Positions 1 through 22,275 of a stretch of DNA of 64,000 bases are shown here, one piece after another (positions within the stretch are counted from its first letter, which is position 1; every line of letters begins with the position of its first letter). The notes under the pieces are model-generated. The model was not told the origin of the DNA. It ran no database searches and saw only the letters and a list, made by a program, of their open reading frames with translations. The stretch comes from Oopsacas minuta (Eukaryota > Animalia > Porifera): the NCBI GenBank assembly GCA_024704765.1, contig JAKMXF010000233.1:310001-374000 (forward strand), given 5' to 3'. A program made the position numbers and the translations under genes.

Positions 1-204
1 TTTCGGCGTCCCTGACACCCTTTTTGTGGAACCTATGCTATAACACCTTAAGGAGATTCTCTAATAACATAGCAGAGTATTAATGCACTATAGTATATGT
101 TTATCATATTTTCACGCTTTTTGTGATAATTCTAAAATTAGCTAGCATTTCTATTGCTACTAGTCATGTGTATTCGTGTTGTTTTGAAATTTACGATTTT
201 GTAG

Positions 205-10127
<9,923 letters not shown>

Positions 10128-10771
10128 CTATTCGTGTGTGAAATATATTTACATGTAATAATTGTGTTTCGTGTATTATTACTGACTATTATAACATTAT
10201 TATTGGTTATATCTGTGTCTTTTCTATCTAGCACTTGCTAATATTAGTTTGTACTGCTTGTGTTTTTGATTGTATATACCGTATTTAGTATATTACTAGC
10301 TTATCACTATGGTAGCATATTATTAACATGTTTTATTCTGTGTAACCTCCGTTGATTGATCATAGTTGTAAACTCGTGTTCATGTGTTTTGATGAAATAC
10401 ACGGTGTAACCAAACGGGGTGCTAACTACCAATCCGAAAATGCTATCCTGTTTCCCTGTTTGTGAAGGTTACACTGTAATTTATTTCAGAAACACGTCCA
10501 TAAGTTTGTTCCCAAAGTACAGTCAACATCTGGTACACGAAAGCGCGTTAACTCAAACATTTGCGATTTTCCTTGAAGGTTTGATTTCCCGGATATTTAC
10601 TGTACAATAAAACTTCGTTAATAACACCTGAATGGAGTGAATTTTCACGTTCCCTCGGGTGACGTAGTATCGAGGTTCTTCCGTATTTATATCAGATATA
10701 TCTTTATACACTTTTGTAATGGGGAATATTCTCTATCAAATTCCTATAAATACTTTCAACAGAATTATAGC

Positions 10772-13700
10772 ATGGACTATAGGGATCGTATACGCTCCAG
10801 GTATTATCAAGATGGTAGACGGCCTCCATCTGACCGACTAGGTGGGCTGGGTAGGGACAGGAGGGATGCCTCCGGATATCTAGATGACTACAAGAGGAGT
10901 AGACCTACTGGAAGGGAGAGGAGACTAGAGGGGAGGTTAGGAAGGAGAGAGACGTTTGATAGCAAGACAAGTACGTGATATTATCCTTTTATTACACAAT
11001 AGGCTCCGTGGAGTATATAATGTTTTGTATTACTATTCATTTAGTGTAGTAGCTGTGGTGTAACGTAATTACACGTATATTATAATGGTACATTTGTATC
11101 CATGCATATATTACAGGCTTCCGAGATTCACATTTTGATGATTATGACCTCGGGCCTTCTACACGAGAGAGAGACGTAGAAATGCTGTATGTACTAAGAA
11201 TTGGTAATCTAGAAGAGAGTGTGAGAGATACTACCATGGAAGAGACACTATATCATATTTTTAAGAAGTTTGGACGTATAACAGTACGTGTAGCTGGATT
11301 TGGAAAGTCTAGACATGCGTTTGTTAATTTTGAATCTCATGACACAGCACAAGATGCGCATTCTAGGTAGGAACTATGATAATAATTCATTTAGTCATTT
11401 GAGGGATACACTCATTGCTAATCATTGCTAATAGGCGAACACCACTGTAAGTACATGCGAAACTTAAAATTCTACATATGCTACAGGTGCCAAGAGATGT
11501 TTGTATTCGACAAGCCCTTACGTATTGAGTGGTGTACTAAATCATCTCGTGACCAAGACCTCAGTTACAGACGATCTCCTCTATTCATGGAAGAAGATTT
11601 CGATTCTCACAACTCATCATCTATTAACCGCTACGTACGGAACAGGCGATTATCTCCTCCTTCATTCCCTTCCGGTAGATCAGGTAGTCCTCAGGTTAGT
11701 CCCTCTCGTACTCTGCTGATCGGGAACTTGGATCCAGATGTATCAGCTTCTGAATTGAGAAGAGCTTTCTCTCGTTACGGACATCTGATTGATCTGGATA
11801 TTAAGCTTAACAGATTCACTAAATGTGCTTACGCACAGGTAATTATATGGGATCTAAGGACTGGACAAAAGTAGTTGTACTTATGCCACATATATTTGTG
11901 GCTGGCCACTTTGCATTGCTATATCTCAAAAAATCTTTATCCAATTGATATGCTTAAAATTACAAAAATGTAGTTCAGTGTGTGATCTCTTGGGCCAGTT
12001 GGCGAATTTCTCCGTATACTACACTTACTAACCCCTTCATAAATTCTCTGGATTTCCTTCCCTAATCCCGAGATTTCACGTTATTCCCCCTTTTCCACCC
12101 CGAAATGTAGCAAAAGATGGAAAAAATTTGCATGGATAAGACTTGTAATCCCGGGTAATCCATGAGGGTTCCCTTGAGCTTCAATATAACGAGAGCTGAC
12201 TGTACTAATATTTACAGAACTTTTCCTAATACAAATGTGTAATTCTAGGTAAAATATTCTCTGAATAGAGATGCTATCTACGCTAGGGAAGCAATGAATA
12301 ACAAGTATGTAGGAGCTTCTCGTCTTTATATAACATTTAGTAAAGGAATGCCAACTACCAAACTGGTTGTCAGGGGGATATCTAATAGAGGAGATGCTCA
12401 GGAGTTGGAAAGGGAATTTTCTAGGTCAGTGATCATGTTCAGTTTGTGACATTAGATAATAGTTTCAAAATTTCTCCAAACAAAATATTTGATGCTTAAT
12501 TCTATTGAATCTATTGGAGGGGGTTCTCATACGGGGGTCCACGATCCACGAGTGACAACGGCTTGGAACTATTCTATGAACTATGTCATACCTTTGAATT
12601 TCAGGTATTTAGCTCTAACCATGCGTAACCGTATTTCTCTTCATCTAGATACGGTCCACTACGTCGTATGGAGTATTTGAATAACACTAGTTACTGCTTC
12701 TTAACATATGAGAGTATAGACTCATGCTATGCTGCTATAGTAGACTGGAGGGGTCGTAAACTACGGAGCGGAGGGAATAACCTGAGAGTAGACTTCAGTA
12801 AGAGCGGAGTGATAGAGGACAAGAGGAGAAGACCGTCCAGGAGTGCTAGAGGGATTTATGAAGGGGAGGTTATCATTAAGACTAAACCAAGGAGAAGTGA
12901 GTGTATTTATTTACAGTAGACTAAGCGAATCTTTTCATCTGTTTGCATATTATAAATTTCTCTAATAACGAAATATAACTGCGGTTATTAGCACTTCGTT
13001 AACTGTATATTTTACATTGTAGAGAGCTCACCAGTTGGGCACATGCCAAAGAGACCTCGTTCAAGAGAAAGAATATCTCCTATACTAGATTACTCTAGTA
13101 AATCTAGCTACAGGAAGAGAGCACATAGGTCATCAGATGAGGATAGTTATAAACACAATAAATACAGGCGGAGGTCTCATGATAGATTTGAGGTAATCTA
13201 ATAATAGATATGGTGATATAGGGGATTGATGCAGTGTTTTCCTACCTTTTTGCGAGGTGAACCATCCAACAATTTCCGTGGACTCCAATCACAAACCCTT
13301 AAGGCTTCATGGGAAAAAAGAAAAATACTGGATTTAGACCTGTGGTAGCAAAGGATCATCCCTCGGGCCAAAGTTTCAGAGGGGAAAATGTTAGAGCAAT
13401 AATTTCGCGATACAGTCAACTCCCCGTTATATCGAAACTGAAAGGCGATAATTACTTCAATATAAGCGGAGTGCATATAACCGATGGAATATTTGTTACT
13501 TTGACGGGTTGTGACCATATTTGTACAATATCAGACTTATATATAAGCGGCTATTTAGATATATCCGTGTTCTGTATAGCGGGAGTTTAATGTATACTGA
13601 ATATTCGATAATTTCAATGTTTGTTATTAGATAAATAGAGATACCAGTAGACCGAATAGTATCAGTAGAGATCTGGATCAAGATCTAGGAGATGATTGTG

Positions 13701-14897
13701 AGTTTAATGATGCTGCTTCTAGTTGGGATGAACATCGTTCTCAACGGAGCTTAGCAAGTAAATATTCACTAGAAGAACATGAACATGTTGCAGAGAATGA
13801 AGGTAAATGCTGGACAGATTTCAAATTCTGGCGATTAGTCATATTTTCACACCTTTTTGCATGATGTTAGAAATTTTGTTTCAACATCTAGCTAGGGGGC
13901 AATCGGGCATGTGGGCGCGAATTTTGATACCAAATTTATTTGGACACTTTTTTAAGATTTTTGTTTATTCCATGCCAGGAGAAGTAGATTCTCTCAGAGG
14001 AAGAAGGGATTCAGATCTTGGGGGAGGAGATCTAGAAGGTCTTGGTGATGAGGTAGTAGAACCTAATGAATGGGAGGGACCTTCTATTGAGAAGTTTGCT
14101 GGGAAATATCCAACTGTCTGGTATGGAGCATTTATGTTGAAGAACACTGCTTTCCCAACTCAGATGCATTTGATTGATGGTTAGGACAAAATTAAATGTA
14201 TACAAACACAGTTAACCTAAGGGGCCAACAGGGACAACGATAATTACTTCGATATAACCGTGTTCGATGATATAATGGGAGTTGAGAAATCCTGTATTAA
14301 AGAATTCAGTTTATCCTTAACTAATTGTAGGAGAAGAGAAGGTAGTAGAGGAGCTAATGAAGGGTCCGGAGAGTACACACCAGCTACGAGTAACACAGAG
14401 ACTCCGTCTAGAGAGCTCTAGGCTAGAGGAGGTCAATAAACGCTTGTCTAGTGCTGGTACAGATTCACGTGCTCTTTTACTAGCTCTGCCTAATGCTAAT
14501 GGACAGGAGCTAGCTATACCAGCTGATTCTAACTACAGGCCTATACGTAGTCTTGTAAATTATTTGAAACAGAAGGATGCTGCTGGGATTGTGGCTCTAT
14601 CTGGAACACAGCCTGAGGAACAGGATGACAATATCAGTTAGTTATTATGATATGATATAACAGTCTTTTCCCAGTATTTCTAATGGAGAATTGAATATAT
14701 TCTCATTTTTAGGTAAGGAGGAAGGAGAGACTGGAGCTAACACACCAGGTCCTGATTCAGAGACTACAGGAGTGCTCCATGCTTTTCCTCCATGTAACTT
14801 CTCTCATGAACTGCTCCAGCAGGCTGTACCGGATCTATCAGAAGAGCAGTTCAGAGAGGATCATATTGTTGTGCTGGTAGTTAAGGGATCAGTATAG
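10772..14897 (+). CDS. RBM15: RRM + SPOC domain RNA-binding protein (RBM15/Spenito family)
   Basis: Ten exons: 10772-10970, 11117-11366, 11487-11838, 12249-12424, 12649-12896, 13023-13192, 13631-13802, 13979-14179, 14331-14636, 14713-14897. Three RRM-like segments (HAFVNFE, LLIGNLD, LRVDFS), an Arg/Ser-rich linker and a SPOC domain (WYGAFMLKN..QLRVTQRLRL..LVNYLKQKDAAGIV..LHAFPPC). Confidence 0.9.
13413..13592. mobile_element. MITE family A copy in RBM15 intron
   Basis: TA|CAGTCAACTCCCCGTTATATCGAA ... core ccatatttgtacaat ... GGGAGTTTAATG|TA. Confidence 0.8.
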
Positions 14898-16180
14898 TCC
14901 CTAGCTTGCCCTCCTCACTCCCTCTTATTTTCTTTTAGGTAAGTTTATAAGGAGTGTATAACTCCCCGTTGTATCGAAGCTTAATGGACCGCAATAATTA
15001 CTTCGGTTTGGGATAATATTTGTACTAATTCTAGTTTCAATGGATCCGGGAATTTCAATAGTTGACTGTATACTACAGTTACCTCAAACATTCTCTATCC
15101 CGAGGAGATTGTATCACTCTTGTTGTGGAGATTTGTATATGGAGTATGATTATTTATCTATTTTGTAGGTATCTTACAGTGTAATGCTTGCAGATCATTG
15201 AAGCGAGTTGTATATCTCCGATTCTCCACAGAAATAAGAATACTCTCAATTCATGATTGTTCGAACCTTTGATTTATCCTGAATATTACTCGAATTAGAA
15301 AATACATACAATAGATCTCTCTCTCTCTCTATTTCCAATCCAAAATAGGAAGAGACTATATATTCTAATACTAGAGAAATACTATTACAAATCTCCATTC
15401 TGTGTGTTTGTTATTCTCGCAAAACTTGGGTATTATACAGCCTCGCTACTTCTCCATTCAGTATAACTGTATTAATGGGAAATGGAAAGATTACGCAAAA
15501 AAACGTATTTTTGTAAAATCCATACTCCCAAATCAAGGCCGTAGCAAGCAGATTTCAATTGGTCAGGTTGACCTATGCTAAACAAATTGAGCTACCGAAT
15601 TTGGTCCGGTTGAAACCTGACCGTCTCCTTTGGCCATCCAAATTGAGCGTCTCCCGCTCCAGGAGAAATACTGGTTTGGCGGTACCCCAACCGATTTTAT
15701 TCGGATGGTCCCAATGGTTAAACCCTGACTGGGAATTGTCACAAGGCAAGCATCACTTAGAGGACAATACAACGTATCATTTCAAGAATATTTCGGTTTT
15801 CGCGAGTGATCAAAATGAGCTCAATATCACACTCATGGCATGGGGTATTTCACATAGTGTTGGTCTCGAAACCAACCATACAATGCCAGGAAGCCCAAAG
15901 TTTTAACCAAAAAAGATAAAATACAATATCAAGCTTACTGCCCCAGATCGTTTCTCTCCCCAAAGATTACGGTTAAAACATTGAGCCCATCACATTCCTT
16001 AAAAATTACAATTCGCATGCTATCCCTTCATTTATACTCTCTTATTAGCGTTTTAGGATATTTATATATATGTTAGCTTAGAGATTACATAGAGGAATGA
16101 CTAGATGTGATTATCTGTAACAGGTTTGTTTTGAAGAGTCTTAAGTTGAGTAAGTTCGGATTTTCATGGATGTTCTAACG

Positions 16181-16280
16181 CAGCCGTTCCCAACCTGGAG
16201 GCCATGTAACCCTTGGTGGTCCACAGAATGTTGTAAAATTGGTATGGGGGTTTACGGGTGAGAAAGGTTGGGAACCGCTG
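16181..16280. mobile_element. hAT/Charlie-like short MITE
   Basis: CAGCCGTTCCCAACCT ... AGGTTGGGAACCGCTG; flanks ttctaacg / tcctaagg. Confidence 0.7.
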
Positions 16281-16304
16281 TCCTAAGGTGTGATTTATGT
16301 AGAC

Positions 16305-16330
16305 ATATATATATATATATATATATATAT
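16305..16330. repeat. (AT)n microsatellite
   Basis: About 12 AT units. Confidence 0.9.
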
Positions 16331-16659
16331 TGATAAGGGTATGCGATGCTCCCATTTTTCACAGAATTTTACTTGATTTATCGCTTGTCTCGTTTTGCTT
16401 TGTTAAAGCAGCTCTATGGACTATGGATAATAACCAATGGCAACAAGTTTATTTAAAATCATATTTCAACACATAATCGGGAATGTGGAAATGTTATTTT
16501 TGGAAATTCCCTAATTCATATTTTCACTTGTGCGCTTCATTTTAAAAATCCTACGTCAATTGTTTGCTTTGTTTTTCTATAAATTACTTAATTGTTTACT
16601 ATTCTATCCTTAGCGTATACGTAAGAGAAAATAAAAATTTATACTTTGATTAAGCCCAG

Positions 16660-17091
16660 ATGGCTGAAGAACTCGACACTCAAGATCCACAAGAAACTAA
16701 ACACGGACAAACTTCAAAATCTCGAAATGTTACAGATCAAGAGCTTCAATATTCCGACAAGACAACAAGCATAGATAAACTACTATCACTCGTTAACACA
16801 GAACACATAAGAGATATTCACAAGCATCAACTGCATATTTTGAATCGATTAGAAACGGCAAATGCTAAGCTAACTCAAGTCAATAAATTCTCAATACATA
16901 ATTTCATTAAAATAGGCCCACAAATTAAGAAGTATACTCGGACATTACTTGACACGAAAAAAGAACTAGATTCAGTATTCCATCGGATTAGAATTCTACA
17001 ATCTAGAATACAAGCTCAGTATCCTGATCATTATAAGCAAGCTCTCTCAAAGATTGATTATTCTGATAATATGGATGATGATAATAATTAG
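16660..17091 (+). CDS. KXD1: KxDL motif-containing protein 1 (BORC subunit), intronless
   Basis: 143 aa; LLSLVNTEHIRDI..QLHILNRLETANAKL..YTRTLLDTKKELDSVFHRIRILQSRIQAQYPD aligns with the KXD1 core, with KKEL in place of the KxDL motif. Confidence 0.85.
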   Translation: MAEELDTQDPQETKHGQTSKSRNVTDQELQYSDKTTSIDKLLSLVNTEHIRDIHKHQLHILNRLETANAKLTQVNKFSIHNFIKIGPQIKKYTRTLLDTKKELDSVFHRIRILQSRIQAQYPDHYKQALSKIDYSDNMDDDNN

Positions 17092-17202
17092 AATTGTATG
17101 TATTTGCTTGTTTATTCGTGTATACAATTGATGATAAGGTAAAAGACACGGTGTTTGTGTGTGGGGATTACAATGTTGACAATGTTTCTAGATGAGACAC
17201 TA

Positions 17203-17412
17203 CAGTCAATTCCCGCTATATCGAAGCTCAAGGGACCGTGATAATTACTTAGATGTAACCGAGGAATTTATGATACAGTTAACTGGCGTTGCTTCGAACT
17301 GAAATTGTACAAATATAGTCCCAAACCGTCAAAGTCATATATTTGATTGGTTATATCGAAGTAATTGTTGTGGATACAGAGCCTTGAGCTTCGATATAAT
17401 GGGAGTTGACTG
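17203..17412. mobile_element. MITE family A composite copy downstream of KXD1
   Basis: TA|CAGTCAATTCCCGCTATATCGAAGCTCAAGG ... CCTTGAGCTTCGATATAATGGGAGTTGACTG|TA. Confidence 0.8.
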
Positions 17413-18161
17413 TACTTATTTCGGTACTTTGGTTTGTGACCATGTTTGTTCGATTTAAGCGGGTAATTAAATGTACAGCTGGACACATTATTAATAATAT
17501 GATAAGCCACTAGTATTGTGGTAATAAACTGCTTGTTATAGAAATATTCTATAGTTAGTATTCTGAGTATGATATGTATATGATTAATTCATTCAAATTT
17601 ATGCTATGTATTATTTCCAGGTACAGTTTTGAATTTGGTAAATGCATTCGCAAGCATTGTAGGCTATTCCTGCTAATGCAATAGATATGTAATAACTATT
17701 TGGTGGATGTTAAGATCTTTCTCAAAGGTGTTTTCGTTAATACGAACATGGTTAACTCATGATTCCTGAGCAGAGGGAAGGAGGGAGGTCATGTCCCACC
17801 CAATTTCATATGGCCTTACCACCAATTGGTATCTCAATACGCCCCTAACAGGAAGTACAAATTTATAGACTTTATGATCCGGCTTCAATGCTTTTCAGTG
17901 AATACAGTGTGACTTCCTTGTTTGTGGAGGTTCATTTATATGGCCTAGGAATTCGCTCTATCTTTTCACTCCGTTTCCAGAAGTCCCCCCCATGTGCAGA
18001 GGTTACACTAATTAGTTTAAAATTCAGCTCAGATTGAAATGTATAAATTTGGAGAAATATAATATGTTTGGGAATTTAATAATATTTGATTTGAGAGAGC
18101 ACGATTTAAATCAGTCTAGATTTACTCAAGCTTGGCACTCACATTTATAAGTGCGCTGTAA

Positions 18162-19538
18162 TTACAGATTCTGGAACATTCTCTTTTTCTCCTTCCAATT
18201 TTGTGATTTTGGAGCTTGCTTCCTTTTGGGCCGGGCCTTATCCATGTCGGAGAAATCGAGAATCTTCTCAGCGATCTCGGTACTGTCAACATCATTTTCA
18301 ACTGATAATTTCAATTTTCGTAATATATGGATTTCATTCCTAACCACAACATTTAGTGTCGCTGACGAGTTTTTGATTAGCTCAACCATATCAGTGTGTT
18401 TCAAATCGTCAGCTGATTTGCCATCTATTCTAATTAATCGATCTCCAACTCGGAGTCCTGCTCTTTCAGCTCCACTCCCGCCTTCGATTCTGCTTATATA
18501 ATGACCTTCAAAGTTTTTCCGTCCGTATAAATGGAAGCCGAACTCCTTTTGCCCATATGTTTTGAATACTTCCATTTCTTTTTGTACTTCTGGTGCTATT
18601 GCAGTATCAGTTATCATATCTGCCACTTGAATTTCATCTTGCTTTCTATCAATAACGATTTCATTTTTGACCATTTCTGATTTTATCCCTATCATATCAG
18701 TTCGTGCCAAGCTCAACGCCTCGTCTGGAGTTTTGTTTTCATCGTCTTCCGCGGGGATTCCTTCAACTGCTAATGTTTCTTGGTTAAAAACCTCCATTTT
18801 TGATTTTCTAATAATTTTGTTATGTGTTTTGACGGTATCTTTCGCAACGAGTGGTTGAGTTTTTCTTGTTTTATATCTTATCCTCTCTGTCCTTGTAATC
18901 GTATCAGTCTCTTTTTTAACGATCTTAGCTGGCGGTTTCTTCACTATAACTCTCTCCCTTTTTAGTAATTTATTTGGACTATTCATTTCTCCTTTTATAT
19001 CAAATTGGTTTTCAGAAACCTGTATCTTACTATCTATTGTAATAGTATCATTATTGTTCTTAGTATGAATTGCTGTATTTGATTGCGTTGGAACTTCGTT
19101 TGTGTTTTGCCCTTTTACTACATCTTTTCTTACGACCACCAGATCTCTATCTTTTATACTTTCAGCCTCCACTTTATGAGGAACCTGTTTCAATTCGACG
19201 AGACCAATTTTGGGCACATTTTTTACAATTTCTGTCTGAAATATGACACCAGCTTTCCTCCTAATCAATTCATCGTGACGATACACGGTAGATCGAGTTA
19301 CCTCATTTTCAAAATCTGATTTTCCGTAATTGCATTGGTTTACATCTTCTTTGTTCCCTAATTTCAAGTTTATTATTGGAAATCTGAAATCTGCTATTTG
19401 AGATTCGATTGTTACAGGCTCTAGAAGTACGATTTCATTCTCATCTTCTCTCCTTATTGGATTATGATGAATTCTTTTAGTTTCGTATTCGCCTGCAGCA
19501 GTTTTACCATAAAACTTCGGATGTCTTTCCCAATCCAT
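18162..19538 (-). CDS. Single-PDZ scaffold with NHERF/EBP50-type C-terminal ERM-binding tail and a long low-complexity N-terminus, intronless
   Basis: 458-aa ORF; PDZ domain EFGFHL..HYISRIEGGSGAERAGLRVGDRLIRIDG..MVELIKNS; C-terminus KRKQAPKSQNWKEKKRMFQNL resembles the EBP50 tail (KRAPQMDWSKKNELFSNL). Confidence 0.75.
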   Translation of the reverse strand: MDWERHPKFYGKTAAGEYETKRIHHNPIRREDENEIVLLEPVTIESQIADFRFPIINLKLGNKEDVNQCNYGKSDFENEVTRSTVYRHDELIRRKAGVIFQTEIVKNVPKIGLVELKQVPHKVEAESIKDRDLVVVRKDVVKGQNTNEVPTQSNTAIHTKNNNDTITIDSKIQVSENQFDIKGEMNSPNKLLKRERVIVKKPPAKIVKKETDTITRTERIRYKTRKTQPLVAKDTVKTHNKIIRKSKMEVFNQETLAVEGIPAEDDENKTPDEALSLARTDMIGIKSEMVKNEIVIDRKQDEIQVADMITDTAIAPEVQKEMEVFKTYGQKEFGFHLYGRKNFEGHYISRIEGGSGAERAGLRVGDRLIRIDGKSADDLKHTDMVELIKNSSATLNVVVRNEIHILRKLKLSVENDVDSTEIAEKILDFSDMDKARPKRKQAPKSQNWKEKKRMFQNL

Positions 19539-20804
19539 TTTATATTAGCATGAGAATTTTCCAATTTATTTGAACTTTTTTACGATATGAATATAAACTA
19601 TCCTACATTTCTCCCATACATAATTAATTGGTGCTTATATAGAACTATAGCTAGAGGTGTCATGTGGATCTATTATCAAAGAACTTGTATATCTATAGAA
19701 TATTTTTCACCCATGACCATGTGAACACGAATTTCTTAAATGCAGATCATTGTATAGTGTTAGATATATTCATTTGGTTGGAAGATATGTATTATGCTTG
19801 GATTGATTCATAATCTTGTGACAAATATATGTATGTATTCTGATACAAAGAGTTTGGTCAACGTAAGAGATATCCTTCTAGTGAAATTCGATTTTAATTC
19901 TTTTGTTTAGATATTATTCAATAAGGTTTATGGTTGCTCTGTCTTGAAGGAATGAATGAATGTATAATCAATTCGATATAGCCTATGAAGTGTATGCTAC
20001 TTTGAAGGTATTAGCACCATATTTGTATAATTTCAAACTTCGATATAACGGGAATCGACTGTAATAAGCACAAAGTCTACACTTGTAATCTGGAAATGTT
20101 TTCCTATTAGACAAATATTGCTATTACGTAAGTTGCTAGTAAAATCTAGCTTGCCATAAATGGTCAGTACTTTACCTACGATTATGTGGACAATTACCTT
20201 TCTCCAGCTATAAATGTATAATTATATTAAGCGTGAATTATCTAGCACGTGTGTGGCCGTATTGATTGATATTAGCGAGCATAATTCACAATTTTGGTTA
20301 GAATCCTTTGTGGACAATAATTATCTAAGCTAGTTGTTCTTTGTGTGTGTACAGCAGGTAGACTACAATAGGGATGTAAAATATTCTGGAAGTGGTAATA
20401 TTTCAATGCTGATTAATATTGTTCTCAATGTATATAGTTGCAAGGTAAAACGCTCCACATTTAAATCTCTAGCAAGTTATTTGATATAAGTCAGATTATT
20501 TATGTGCGATGTATTTCAAAATGCCTTGGCATACTTTCCAACTCTCTCTCGGGCTTTCACGTCTTATCAAGGAAAATTTTTGAAAATCCCCGGAAAACTT
20601 TCAATTTTCGCAATATTTCTTGATATTTTCGAGTGTAATAGAGGAATAATGTAAATCCCATGAATATTGAATGAAAATCATTAGATGAGAATTTTCGGGA
20701 ACTTGTAAAGGGGTTGATAAGTCGCAAGGGATACTCAGTTCGCACAGTATATGGCTACCAGATCAATAATTATGAGCTATTAATCCTGTGTACTATAGCT
20801 TGTT

Positions 20805-21158
20805 ATGGACCTTTCTTACGGGCTCTTCTTCCCTCCAAGCGTGGAGAATCTCTCCAGCCTACGACCCTATCAATTACCTAAAACCACTTCATATGTATTC
20901 CTGTACGCTATAGACCCAGCTCAGTTAAGCGAAGCTGAAGCTCGATACAACAAATTTATAACCGACAAGGTAACAAAGAAACCTGATTACAAAATCAAGG
21001 TATCAGGCCAAATTAAAGAAACAGATGATGCTAGTACATTTGCTCAAGGACAGTATCAATTGCCAAGTGAGAGAAATAGTGCTGGTTCTGATGAGAGTTT
21101 TGAAGCAGGTTCTGATGATAGTGGACAGAATATGATGGAAATGACACTTAGTGATTGA
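20805..21158 (+). CDS. Hypothetical 117-aa protein with acidic Ser-rich C-terminus
   Basis: ATG ORF with coding-like composition, AATAAA about 25 nt after the stop and an acceptor-like AG at 20798. No family recognised; it may be the last exon of a longer gene. Confidence 0.55.
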   Translation: MDLSYGLFFPPSVENLSSLRPYQLPKTTSYVFLYAIDPAQLSEAEARYNKFITDKVTKKPDYKIKVSGQIKETDDASTFAQGQYQLPSERNSAGSDESFEAGSDDSGQNMMEMTLSD

Positions 21159-21231
21159 TAGCTCTTCGTTATCAGCTAAATAATAAATAGTAAACAAATC
21201 AAATGTATAATGTTGTAGATCTGTTTATGAA

Positions 21232-21397
21232 CAGTCAACTCCTGTCATATCAAACACGGATATATGGATACAGCCGCTCATATCTAAGTCTGAAATTGTA
21301 CAAATATGGTCCCAAACCGTCAAGATAACATAAATTCATTGATTATATCGCAATAACTATCGCGGCCTCTTGAGCTTCCATATAGGGGAGTTAACTG
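21232..21397. mobile_element. MITE family A near-full copy
   Basis: CAGTCAACTCCTGTCATATCAAACACGGATATA..aaattgtacaaatatggtcccaaaccgtc..GGGGAGTTAACTG|TA. Confidence 0.8.
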
Positions 21398-21409
21398 TAT
21401 TATCAATAT

Positions 21410-22080
21410 TTACGAGCCGCTTCGCTTGCTGGCGCTGCGCGGCTTGCGAACACTTTGTGCCTCGAATTTAGCAAAGTATAAAATTCAAAATTGAATTAAT
21501 GAATTAATATTTCAACCATTTGTTTACTTTATATTCATTACAACAACAAATAATTTACATAAGAGAAACTTAAATATGCGAAATCGGATTCAGCATCCTT
21601 TGATACCAATCTATAGCAATTAAGAGCAAGTCTCTACTATATTTTAAGGTTTCCAAATATTTGTTTACTTGATATCAATGGAAACAACAAAAATTTACAT
21701 ATGATTCATCCAAGGGTGTGAAAATTGGATTCAGCATATTCGAAATGTTTAGTGAAGTTTTATTGAATTATATTTACTTGCTTGATAGACACGATAAATA
21801 CATAGTTATATTAAAGTTTGCAGCAGTTTCCCACAGTTTCCAGCAGTTTCGCACAGTTTCCAGCGGTTTCTTGCATTTTCCAGCTCTTTCTGCAGTTTCC
21901 CACATTTTGAAATTGTTGCATAACATTGTATTTATCGTGTTTATCATGGAAGTGATAGAATAGATATATTCACTAATTATATCGAACATGCTGAATCCGA
22001 TTTTCACACTTTTGGATTAATTATAGGTAAATTTATTGTTGTTTATATGAATACAAAGTAAACAAATTTTAAAATTCTGT
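21410..22080. mobile_element. Complex repeat: about 100-bp inverted repeats (21657-21755 / 21966-22068) around a CAGTTTCC minisatellite, with a GC-rich terminal motif; related pieces at about 1930-2200 and 23170-23280
   Basis: Inverted and direct copies of tttgtttactt..aacaacaa..atttac..aaatcggattcagcat; 21412-21480 is the reverse complement of 2120-2200, which ends GCGAAGCGCTAGT (Helitron-like end, tentative). Confidence 0.55.
21824..21903 (+). repeat. Minisatellite of about 10-bp units (cagtttccca/cagtttccag)
   Basis: About 8 degenerate tandem units visible. Confidence 0.75.
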
Positions 22081-22275
22081 TAGAATCATGCTTTCAAAGG
22101 CAGTTTGGGACCATATTTGTATAATTTCACACTTCGATAAAGCGGTTTTTTCAATATATTCGTCTTATATTTAACGGGAGATTACTGTAATATATATAAC
22201 TGTGTAAAGTTTCCAAAATCCCTTCAAATAAGTAATCACCTTTGTAGACAACATCTCTCTATATATAGCCATTCA

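Noticed and set aside
15559-15906. 115-aa ORF in a GC-richer intergenic patch
   Set aside because: Non-ATG start, no recognisable motif and no splice context; more likely a decayed repeat.
18151-18501. ORFs antisense to the PDZ gene, and similar shadow ORFs opposite TCERG1, SOWAH, DAPP1 and the dynein exons
   Set aside because: Explained as stop-poor reverse or alternate frames of real coding sequence.
21718-22007. Overlapping ORFs on both strands starting MKIGFS
   Set aside because: Artefact of the inverted repeat and minisatellite.
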